From Blepharisma stoltei ATCC 30299 (lineage: Eukaryota > Protista > Ciliophora): DNA of 64,000 nucleotides. The notes under the pieces are model-generated. The model was not told where the DNA came from and did not search any database. It saw only the letters and a program-made list of their open reading frames with translations. This document shows, piece after piece, positions 21,266 to 34,710 of this stretch; position 1 is the stretch's first letter; each line of letters begins with the position of its first letter. The translations under genes and the position numbers were made by a program. The stretch covers positions 248,001 through 312,000 of the forward strand of contig CBFDEM010000044.1 in NCBI GenBank assembly GCA_965603825.1, read 5' to 3'.

Positions 21266-22208
21266 TTTATAAAATCAAATCAATAAGTAAAAGTAGCAAT
21301 TTCAGAATATTTATTGGATTTAATTATTTGATGATAGTTCTAATTGGTTACTAAAAGCCAATATAATAAATCCGCGAAGAATTTTTGGATTTTAACGGCG
21401 AAATTTATTTTGGGTCGAGGAAATTATTGAGAAATTCAAGCAAAATATGACGGTATTTTATTCATTTCAAGTGAAAATAGCATAATTTATAGCAGAATTA
21501 TTTATTTACTATGCATTAATTAATATCAGATCATGAAAGGGAAAGAAAGAAACAAAATTAAATAGATCAATTTATTTATAAATAAACTAGCTAGAATCAG
21601 TATATGCAATAAAGTATAAATTATAAAACAAAACAAACCGTGTGAAAATAAATAGTTTGACTTCTGTAGATGGTAGCTTACTTTCAGCGAAGTTAAGTTA
21701 AAAGTTTATAGACGTATTCAATTTAAAATTTTTATGTGAAGTATTTTACTAATATTATAATCATAGCTCATTAAATAAGTGGTAGAGTAAAAATATTCCC
21801 TTAGTTTAATTAAGTCACAGCTGTTATTAATCAATTATATATTATTGCTTATTAAATCTAGAGTAATAGATGGAAATAATTTTATCATAGATTCAATATG
21901 TGGAGTTAAAAATATTTACTTTTTATCTTCTAAGATCATCTAAAGACTATATAAGAAAAGTTCTAATTAGGCAATTTTAAGATCGGATTAATTAATATTA
22001 AATCTAAATTCTCTCACACTACAGCTTACCCTATTTATAGCAGAAATATCTCAACTTTACTACAATTATTCAAATAATAGATAAAAAAAATACTCGTTAT
22101 AGTGGAAAGATATTTAATTAAGCATTAAATTTTTATTTATTAAATTTATTAGTAAATATTAAGAGAAAGCCACCGTTTCTTATGAAAAATCAGAAACTGC
22201 TGCTATAA

Positions 22209-23087
22209 ATGGCACAAACTAATTTCATTGAAAGATTCAAGAATAAAGTGTCGACTATAGGCAAGTCTGGCGAAATTGAGATTGACCCCGCAAAACCTAT
22301 CCTCAAAGCAAACAGCGCACAATTCCATAAGTCAATTATGCAGTTATCTGCATCAAATATAATCCGAAACAACCTTCAATCTCCAAAGCCAGATACTTTT
22401 GTCTCAGCAAGGCCAATAAAAGTCGCAGCCAAAGATGACAGTCCTACATCTCCTAAAACAGTCACTGCAACTTTTTCCGCTCCATTGCAGCCAGAAGTTA
22501 TAAATGGAGCAACACCTAATATTTCACAATCAAGGAACCCAGACCAAAATCAAAGGCGAAATTATAGTCACTCGGCAACTCCATTTAGAAAGCCACAAGT
22601 AGATGATGTACCGAAAACCAGTGATGGGATTACACAGTCTTTTGAATCAAGATATGCAAAAAAGCAAGGAGTTATTGATTTCTCGCCATATACACTAACT
22701 GATTATCATATGATAAAAAACGATAAGTATTATGAGCTGGGAGGGCTTGGGGCTGTAAATATAGGAACTGAGGAGTGAATCAAAAGAAAAGAAATGCAGG
22801 ATAGGAGGGTGGATTATGCTAAACAAGTAAAATATATAAATGCTGCTAGTTTACCGCCATCTGGAGCTAAGAAGACACCAAAAATCACAGAAAAGGTGCC
22901 GAGCAAGATGCAAAGAGCAAATGAGTTTGCAAAAAATATTCCGAAACCGCAATTAAAAATAAGAAATGATTCGATAGAAGGAAAGGAAAATCCAAGCGAA
23001 AAGGATTTTAGCCCATTAGAGTATCAGCTTGATAAGCATGATAGTTATAGAACTATTATTGATGAAATCAAAGCAAATATTGAGTAA
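22209..23087 (+). CDS. JHY-domain (ciliary) protein
   Basis: PYTLTDY...YYELGGLGA...(W)..RK..YAKQVK..N...RANEFAKNIPKP resembles the JHY domain; two ORFs joined through the TGA at 22776. Confidence 0.65.
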
Positions 23088-23163
23088 AATTTACTGTTTA
23101 AAATAATTTATTAATCAATAATTATTTAATCTTTCTGTGCTAATTGATAAAGAATTCTGAAAT

Positions 23164-24545
23164 ATGAAGGAATGCTTTGAACCAAACTGCAAGCTTGAAA
23201 TCAATTAAGAATGCCAATCCACAACTCCTGAAAGCAGGCTTTATAAAACAGATCCAAAAATATGATATCTTTTGAACAAATCATAATGTTCGTCCAATAA
23301 AGTTTGCATGAGTAAGCAAGAATGAAAAATAAATCATACTTAAGCTTCTCTCTGAAGAAAAGTGAAGACAAGAAGATATTTAGACCAAATTATTAACCTC
23401 TGTCTGACAAAATATTCTTAATTTAGAAAATAGCTTTGACAATTTATTACAAAGGTTAGATTTCGATTTAAATAGCATCAATTATTGTTTTGAAGGAATT
23501 TACCAGGTCCAAAGAATATATAGTTTGAACAAGACCCAATTTTGAGACTGCTAACTATAGAGTCTAATTAGGCAACTCATAAATTTAAAGAAATTGCTTT
23601 AGTTGCCCATAAATCATATAAGAATTCTAAGTTTAATTGCGAATCAAATGAAATAGAGTATATATTGATTGAGGGGCTAATTAAGGACAAGCTAGAAACT
23701 TTCTAGAAAAGGCTTTCCAACATTTAAAGCATTCATGAAGAGCACGGTGCACTTGATGCACAATTGAAGAAAGGACTCTATTTCCAATCTGATTACTGAG
23801 GTACATGATTTTAAATCGAACTCTTTGACAGTGTGCCATTTCCTAGGACAATTAGGTCGGCATTTAAATAGTGCAACCAATTATTCATTTATGACATTTA
23901 AAATTAAGCAGAAGAAAATACTCCAGAATTGCTATTTTTGCTTTGGAAAGGCGTTGCCGGCTTCTGAAATTTTATTGATCATAGATAAAAACTATGGATT
24001 ACGAGTTTTGCCATTGGAGTATCTTGTTGCTATTAGTCAGCTATCTTTTTTGAGAATAATGTCTTTTATTTGGAGGGCAAATAATGACCGAAACTCATTG
24101 GCTCTTTCTGAATATTAGAAATCAATGGATCAAATTAAAGTCGTCTCAAACTGATTCCTATTGCTATTGTATTCTGTTTAATGGCGATATTCTAATTTCA
24201 GGATATAAAGTAGATATATCTTACATATTCAATAGAATGCGACTTTTTTATAATACCTTTTGAATTCGCAGAATGGACAAGAAAAAATCTTGATAATTGC
24301 TGAGAGGCTGAGAGGATGTATTTCATTGAATGGGGCTCTGATAGGTTTGCATACAAAAGTGAGAATAAAAATCAAACAATCTGAAATCAAATTGCATGTA
24401 CTGAAATTATTAACTATTTTTTATCAAAGTTTATTGCACAGTTAATAATTGAATAATGCATATTGAATCTAGGCTTACAGATGGATACTATAAGTTCAGC
24501 TTAAAAGAAAAAGAATTGATAAAGCTTGGCCCCAAAGGTGATAAT
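23164..24545 (+). pseudogene. Decayed gene with an N-terminal Cys motif and Kelch-like fragments
   Basis: ATG-MKECFEPNCKLEIN*ECQ... then coding-like fragments (YFCFGK..., IIDKNYGLRVLP) broken by TAA/TAG and frameshifts that 15-nt introns cannot rescue. Confidence 0.55.
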
Positions 24546-24757
24546 TAGTAATTAAATTGCATTTCTCTATCCATGTAAATTTATTAAATTTATTTAAAAT
24601 GGAGCCCAATTTCCAGCTACATCATTCTTTATAATTTCTGGAAAAGTTTACAAAATCTCATTTAAATTTATATTTGAATATATATCTCTTAAAGTCTAGA
24701 AATTTCTATCAGCTCTGATCAGACCCATCGTCTACTTAATAATTTTATTCAAAACTA

Positions 24758-26167
24758 ATGAGCTCAAACATTAGCTTAAAAATCATAAAAGGTGAAGAAA
24801 TTAGAAGAGTTAAAGAATTACCAGACTCATTTTCCTCACTTCAAGCTGTCTTGAATTCTTTATATGGCTCACCTGCTTTCCAAATTTCATACCCAGGCGA
24901 GGGTTCCGATCTTATTTATATTTCAAATGACGATGATCTCAAAAAAGCTTATGAAAGATTTAATGGCCAAGTCAGTGTTAGGCTGATTATAAAAGAAATA
25001 AATGAAGAAGACTTGATGGCCAAAATAGATAATATGAGACAAAGTTTATCTGAAATAATATTAGAAAAGCCTATCAACCATGAGCCTGAGGTAAAAGTGG
25101 TAGATCCTCTTATAGCAGATCCTACGAGGACTGATATTGTTTTTGAAGAAGAAAAAAGTGCAAGCCCCCAAAAAGAAAAAAAATTAGAAAAGAAAGAGAA
25201 GAAAGAGAAGAAAAAAAAGGTTGCCAAAGAAAACAAAAAAGAGGGATTTAAGCAGCAACAGCTTATACAAGAAATTAAAAAAATAGCTAAAAAAGAAGCT
25301 GCAAAGGCCGCAAAAGAAGAATCAAAAACCCTTGAAAAATCACTTGGCAGTCAAATTAAAAAGGAATTTCAATCTCTTTCAGGCTCTTCCATTGAAAACA
25401 TCGAAGATAGATCTCTTTCTGACCTAAGAAGAGAATATGGGGATAAAATTCATTTGAATGTCACATGTGATGGATGTGGGATGAGTCCAATACTTGGAGA
25501 TTTATACAAGTGCACAGTTTGCGAAGACTTTGAATTCTGCATGAACTGTGAAAACAATATTAACCACCCCCATTCATTTATAAAAATTAAGTATCCTCAA
25601 TCTATTTATAAAGCCCCTGCTCAAATCAAGCGAAAAGATAAAGATATTCTGATGGGCTCAATGGCTGAGCTATTATTAATGAAAACACTTAACCAGCAAA
25701 AGTCTAAAAAACTTAAAGCTAAAGTGTTGAAAATTCTCAGTCCTATAGAAAATGAAATAGTGCAAGCAGGAAAGCCAGTATCCCAACAATGGAAATTAAA
25801 AAATAAAGGCTCAAAAGCATGAAAAGCAGGCACTAAAGTTGTATTTTGCAAAGGAAACTGTGAAAAGGTAAGTGAAGCAGCCTTAGCTCCAAAGGTAAAC
25901 CCAGGAGAAAAAGTCATTGTAGAAGTCCAGTATTTTACACCAGAACAAGAAGGAATTTGCAAAGGAACTTGGCGTTTAGAAAGCAAGGGGAAAAAATTCG
26001 GGAAGCTTGTGTCCAAAGTAAGAACTGTAAACTGCCTAGACAATGAGTTCGAAAAGCTCAAAATTCTTATGAATATGGGCTTTACAGTCGAGCAAGCTAA
26101 ACTAGGTTTATCATCATCAAAAGAAGATCTTAATATGGCAATATCCCAGATATTCAGGTTAACATAA
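24758..26167 (+). CDS. NBR1/p62-like selective autophagy receptor (PB1-ZZ-FW-UBA)
   Basis: PB1 (EEIRR..., ISNDDDL), ZZ (HLNVTCDGC..PILG..YKC.VC.DF.FC..CE...H.H), FW domain (WKLKNKGSKA(W)...GTWRL...FG), UBA (LMNMGF); ends TAA 26165-26167. Confidence 0.88.
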
Positions 26168-26261
26168 TTACAATATCCTATTAATTTCATTATAAAATAA
26201 ATGCAGCTCCCATTAAAAGCTGATATCTATTATAGCCATAATTGAGAATTCATTTAAGTAA

Positions 26262-26624
26262 TTATTTTCCTTCTACTTCACTCCTCAGTGATGACAAAGT
26301 AGTTAAAACAGTCTGAATAGTAGTATGAGAAACCGCTGCATCAGATGCGGCCTCTTCTAAATGATAGAAAAATACATCAACTTCATGTTTTGTAATCCCC
26401 AAGCCAGCGAAAATTTCAGACAAGGGAAGCCCTGTATACATATTAGAATTCTTTGTGAACAATGATTGCAAGTATTCAGTAAATCCTTGCTTAATTTGCT
26501 CAATATCTCTGCCTCTGAAGCGGTTTTTCACTCTAGGGTCATCTAGGAGTCTTTTGAAGACATCTTCAATTATTTTAGAAAGTCCTTGGCCATTTCCGAG
26601 TCTGTCTAGAACGTCGTCTTCCAT
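26262..26624 (-). CDS. Group I truncated (2/2) hemoglobin-like protein lacking the proximal His
   Basis: LDRLG..., DDPRV..RF...D, YTG..L...AGLGIT..E...F..HL: trHbN pattern, with Phe at the F8 position. Confidence 0.8.
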   Translation of the reverse strand: MEDDVLDRLGNGQGLSKIIEDVFKRLLDDPRVKNRFRGRDIEQIKQGFTEYLQSLFTKNSNMYTGLPLSEIFAGLGITKHEVDVFFYHLEEAASDAAVSHTTIQTVLTTLSSLRSEVEGK

Positions 26625-26631
26625 TTATAAA

Positions 26632-27717
26632 TTATGAGAAATTAGTTACAACAAAATTAGAGCTTGAAATGCTGTGACTTGAACTTTTGGTCAAATTCAC
26701 TGTGCTTTTGGAAGATATTGATTTGGAATTGGAGTAAACTTTGTAGGAGTCTCGTTTTCCGATAAAGAGAGTTCTTACCCTTGATCTGGGGACTGTTCTT
26801 TCATAGCTATTTTGGATTGCGCTGTAGTCAGGAGATGGTAGTGAATATTCAGTGTCAAAAATGCTGTTTCTGGAACTCATTTTGTCAAAAGGTAAAATAC
26901 CTTTACTTAATGACTGTTTTAAAAATTCATGATTTGGGTGATAGTTCCCATCATGAATTTCATGATTAAAAAGCTCTTGCCTTGATATATATTGTTTAAA
27001 ACTCGGTGCTTTAAGCGACTCTGATTTTTTCACAACTGGCTCTTTATCAAGAACACTTTCATGCATCTGATTTAAAGGGATTCCTTTTCTCTCTGACTGT
27101 TTGCTAAAAGATATTTTTGCCATGTGAGACTGGTAATATTTAGCACTTGTTTTTTTCCTTTTACAACTTCTAATTTCAGCTGAATTCATAAAATCGCTTA
27201 AATTCATTGTTTTTTGAAGCTCAGATTTTCTTTCAGCTTTATGTGGATATTTGCATTCTAAATCTTTTTCATCGACACAATCAGGCAAAAAAACTTTTGG
27301 GTCCCTTGGGATGCTTGATCTCTGGGTTTCTCTTAATTGAACATTAGTGGGTGTTCTAGGTCGGACTCAAAAATAGTTTGGGGAATATTTTGTTGAAGGC
27401 GGAGCATCACTGTAATTTGATTTTTGAATTTCTTCACGCTTTTCTCGTGTAACAGATAAAAAGGAAGAGCTAGGGACTTTAGTCTCTTTTTTCATTAATA
27501 AAGATTTGTGAGGCTTTTGGGGAGTATTTACAAGTTTTTCAATTTCTTCAGAATTCAAAATAGATTTTCTGGCTTCCACAGCGCTTTTGATAAATTTTTT
27601 GGTTGGGATTAGGCGTTGTGTAAATTTGATACTAGATCGTCCATGGTGGGAATATCTCGGGACATCATTGATAATGCTTTCGATTTCTTTTATTAGACTT
27701 GACTTATCAGTTGTCAT
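26632..27717 (-). CDS. Hypothetical basic Ser-rich protein (361 aa)
   Basis: Two ORFs joined in frame through the TGA at 27367; APPSTKYSPNYF(W)V motif. Confidence 0.7.
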
Positions 27718-27980
27718 TATTTATTCATTTATTTTTTTAGTTTATATTAAAAAAGGTAAAATAATCGAGAATTAAAACTTGTGCAGGGTAATTAAAAAGA
27801 AATCAATAGCAATCAATAGAGAGGATTATAACACATGATAAAATATTAATATTTAAATAAGTTGAAAACGCTTACTGACTAGTAATTTTATGATATCAGC
27901 CTTGCAGACTATTGTTGCATCAATATCAGATATTTTATTAGACTATATAATTTTTTACATAAAATTTATCAATATATTAT

Positions 27981-29537
27981 TTATTTGCATTCATGAAGCT
28001 TCATGCACTTGAGATGAATAGGCTTTTTGCATTCATGACAACAGTGTCTAGTTTTACTACATTTCTTACTTTGTAGCGTTTGATGCTCCACACAATACCT
28101 GCACCTTGATACTTTATTCATTTTCTCTGCAAGCTGTTCATTTTCTTCTTGGCTGACATCTTTTGTAAGCTGTTCCGCTAGTAATCTTGTAAATTTCTCA
28201 TGACTCATTGCTTCTACTATGCCTTTAGTACTGTAATGCTTATAAATGATGAAAGAATTTGTTACTGCAATTTCAATTAAATAGTGGAAGCATGATTTCC
28301 ATCATTTTACAGACTTTCTATGTGTGCTATACGCTTGTATGAGCTGATCATAATAGTCCACTCCGCCCATCCCAAATGTGTATTTCGATACAATAACAGG
28401 CTTTTCCACATTTTTTTCAGTCCCCTCTTTTGCCGTTCTTTTAACAGAGTTGAATTGGATTCCTTCAATATTGGATAATAGATATATAGGTCTATGGTCA
28501 TATCATGCACAAAATAGCAGGTCCCCTCTCAAGAAAAATTGGTTTCTTGTTTTTTTGCTTATGCTTGCTTTCGGAAGCCCTTTTCTGTTTGGATTCACTG
28601 TTCCTGTTGCTGCAAGGCCAAGATTTGAAAGCGAATTGAATAGTTCGATACTAGAATATCAGCGATCAAAAAACAAATAGTGCTTGTGAAAGCTTCCTTG
28701 CAAGCTTTCAATAAGCCGCAGCACAACTCTCATTGTCGAATGTACATCGTCTTGAGATTTTCCAGAAAAAATATAAAAATTCCACATATAGCCAGACACA
28801 GAATCACATAGAGCGAACACTTTAAAGCCTCATTTTATAGGTTTCGCTGGCATATACTGTATAGCTTGATGCCTTCCTTTGAATTGAATCATTGATTCAT
28901 CAATTGAAATGTATTTTCCAAGGCAATAGTTGGCTTTGCATCTTTCCCGAATCATGCTTAGTATAGGTTCTATTTTGGAAAGCTTGTTGCTTCCGTAGTA
29001 TTGCAATGGAGATAAATGCATCATGCGGCTGATGGCTTGGAATCTTCTACTTGGCATTATCCCAGATATTAATTTATTGTGATAAAGAGGGATCGTTGAC
29101 CAGTAATCCGTTTGCTTTGGTGCTTTAATTAGGCCCATCATAATGGCTATTCCAAGCCAGTTTTCAAGTTCTCGAGGGGTGAGTGGAGTCATGTCTCCCA
29201 TTCTCCTTGATGGGATTGGATTTGCCTCAAATATAGATTTTGCATAGTCGTTTGAATTGTTTGTGATTTCTTCGAGAACTTCTTCATCAAAAAAGATTCT
29301 AAATAAAGATAGAGGAGTAATTTGATCAGGCTGAGGCTGACCTGGTTGAGGATCCATTAAAGGAATGGTATCTTGTCTTTTGAGCTTTGTAAGTTCGGTT
29401 CACTCTTCTGTACTAAATTCATCAGTGCAAGCTGTTGCTTCATCTTCGCTAGAGAAAGAAGCGCCGGAAGAGTAGCTGGATGAGTCTTCAAATTCATTTT
29501 CAAAAATGTCTTCTTCAATATTAAAAGCACTCTGCAT
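27981..29537 (-). CDS. piggyBac-family transposase (DDE_Tnp_1_7) with complete DDD triad and Cys-rich domain; likely domesticated (PiggyMac-like)
   Basis: One 518-aa frame with 5 TGA: acidic N-terminus, PLSLFRIFF, SIDESMIQFKGR..QYMPAKPIK(W)GFK, FFDR(W)YSS, GTVNPNRKG, MGGVDYYDQ, RKSVK(W)WK, C-terminal CRYC...CHEC...HLKC...H. No TIR/TTAA ends found. Confidence 0.93.
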
Positions 29538-30045
29538 CTTGATGTTGTCGAATATCTATTAAATAAACTTGGGGGCTTCAAATTGTTTGCTCGTATGCAT
29601 TTTTATTGCAATATCTTAAGTTTTCTATGTCATTTTTAGAAGTATATTTTAATTCTATCAAACAATTAAATAATTTTGGTTTAAATTTCTTGTAAGTAAA
29701 ATTTGCTTATAATTATAGATTTTATGCTTATTTAGTCTTCATGAAGGATATCAATAGGATCAGGTGCTTTTCTTTAAACTTAAATGCTAATTTTTACTTT
29801 TCAGATGGCTGAGGCTGAATTTTAATCCAGTAATGATTTTAGAATACTAATCTCCATTATAAGTTTTAATCTTTCCAATTTTTCATTTCATCTTTAAAAC
29901 TTGCCACGTGCTCATTCCATATTCGTCTAAATCGCTTATATAATCTACTCTCATTATTCTTAATAAGCTTAATTATAACTCCAATCAAGAATTCCCAACA
30001 CTAGCTGCATCTTCTTTCCAATTTCTGTTCAGCATCTAACAGTAA

Positions 30046-32484
<2,439 letters not shown>

Positions 32485-32549
32485 ATCATCAATTTCTAAA
32501 TATTTTCTTTTTTAAATTGATTTACACTTAATCTATATTTGAAAAATGA

Positions 32550-33605
32550 TTAAACAAGACAATATATCATAGAGATAAGGCCAATAATCATAGCATTATC
32601 ATGGCTCATCCAATCTTCTGTGTCAAAAAGTCCAAACTTCAAAGCACAAGAGTCTATGAATCCGCTTTTATAAAGAGGTCAATAATTTCTCTGATGCAAA
32701 ATGTGATAGTAAAAGTTATAATTGTCACCAGTTATAGAGGTGCATGCAAATAAAATATCAGGATCTATTGAATGGGCTGGATCTCCAGAACATTTAGTAT
32801 CATTAAATACCAAAGCTTGAGAAATATCAATCGAGCTTACTCCAGGCGTGTCAAATCAGCAAAATCCTGTTGAATTTCCTCTATCACCTCCACAATTGCA
32901 AGATTTGCTATAGGCGAACTTCTTAGTCATTCTATATAAATACATGCAATTCGATCCCATATTGCATTGAAAAGGATAATCTAAATATTGTTCAGCTTCT
33001 GAATAAATCACAATATTATCACATATCCCATCTTGCACCAGCATGCTTTTGCAGAATTTCATGTTCTCCGATTTCTCTCCATCATCTAGCGATAGAAGCC
33101 CAGTGCATTTCTTTAAATTGCACCCACATCCAGGAGGGCATTCATAATCAGTATCACAATTTGAGCCTATTTCTGCGCTAACTAAAGTGCAGTAGCCTGA
33201 ACAATAATATCAAGGCTGGCATTGTCCATGATATTCACATTCTTGCCCAGATGTCAAGCCTTGGCAAGTATTATTTATGCAACTTCCTGAAATGCAGTCT
33301 GAATTTTCACAGCATGACCAGCCTGTTGGATTTAAATCCGGGGTTCATGTGCCTCTGCCGCAGTTATCAATAGCGGTGCTTTCACAAGTGATGTTTGGGA
33401 ATGAAGTTGTTGTTGATGATGCTAAAAGAGCTGCTGCATTTGTGCAGGTATAGTTGCCAAGGCAAGGACTTAGCGTCAAGGTTGTTTGACTGTTGTTAAG
33501 CATGCATTGCTTTCAGGTACCTGCACCACATTGAAGACCGATGCAAGTATAACTTGCATCTGCAGCTGCATATGATGTGATAGAAAATAGTAAAAGTAAT
33601 ATCAT
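32550..33605 (-). CDS. Cys-rich secreted, probably GPI-anchored surface protein (351 aa)
   Basis: Signal MILLLLFSITSYAAA; continuous frame with TGA=Trp; more than 25 Cys (CCENSDCISGSCINNTC, CDTDYECPPGCGC); hydrophobic C-terminus AMIIGLISMIYCLV. Mostly missed by the ORF track. Confidence 0.85.
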
Positions 33606-33621
33606 GTTTATTTATAACTTA

Positions 33622-34560
33622 TTAAATTTCTTCATCTTTCTTTGTAAACTGCTCAAAGTAGTCTTTATATTTTATTCTTTCAGGATTCTTTGTCATTGCT
33701 TTTCCACTTGTAGATATTCCTACTTTCGAATCAATTCCTTCAGGTGTTCTAAACATACTCTCATTGCTTTTTTTCTGTGCCTTTTGCTGAAAGTTTTTCC
33801 AAGAGCTTGTGTAATCTCTTGTTTCTTTTTCAATTTGATTCTGCCTCCATGCCTTTTTCAAAGCTTTTATTTTTTTCTTTTTTTTAAGTCTTACGTGTTC
33901 ATTGTCATTTGGAAGAATTTTTAAGCTATTCGGAATCTCAAAAATTTCCCTTTCAGGCAATGGTCTTTTTTGAGGATTTGTGCAAAATCTTACACAGTCA
34001 TAAGAAAGCTCATGCATATGTCCCCATCGGCTGAGCTTTACTGTTACAGCTTGTTCATTGAAAATCTGGATGTTTGCAGGGTATCATTTTCCATCTTGCA
34101 AAAGGACTTCTACTTCTTGGCCTTCGTGTAAGTCTGGCTGCTTTGGAGGTACAAGCATTTGAATATAGGAAGCTGGAAGTTTATACTTATCAGCAAACCC
34201 TAGAAAAATGATTTCAGCTGTTTGCTCTTCTTCATTGACTTTGTTAATATGGGCTGGATGCCAATTTTTATCTTGCTCATAATATGCATTGCATTTGTGA
34301 TTTTCATTTGCAACTGTAAGTCTTACACTTGAAAAAAATTCTTGGACCCTATTTTCAGCAATTTTAAGCAGATCTTGGTTATACTCAATAGCTTTTTCCA
34401 GATCATTTTTTAGTTTCGTGAGATCTCTTTCTCGCTGAGTCCTTGCTTCTTCATCTCTTACCTTATCAGCATTTCTTTTCAAAGCTTCCTCAACCCTTGC
34501 TAAATTATCTTTGTATTCATCGATTTTGGCTTGAATAGTGACAAAGTTAGTTGATTCCAT
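33622..34560 (-). CDS. SPF30/SMNDC1-like splicing factor (Tudor domains)
   Basis: YKDNLARVEEAL, CNAYYEQDKNWHPAHI, DGK(W)YPA, EIPNSLKILPND...KKKKIKALKK, WKNF, SMFRTPE...KVG...GKAMT. Confidence 0.8.
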
Positions 34561-34710
34561 TTATTATTATAAATTTAGCATATAATGTTATGTATACATT
34601 TTAAATTTGATGTATTATATATTATTTAAACTTGACACTTTTTGGTGAATAAAAATTTTTAATGTTATGATTTAACATTACATTTTACCATATAAAATTT
34701 GTTGATAAGC

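Noticed and set aside
29556-29568. 13-nt GT..AG segment (minus strand) as an intron extending the transposase
   Set aside because: Wrong length compared with all other introns here, and removal would shift the frame.
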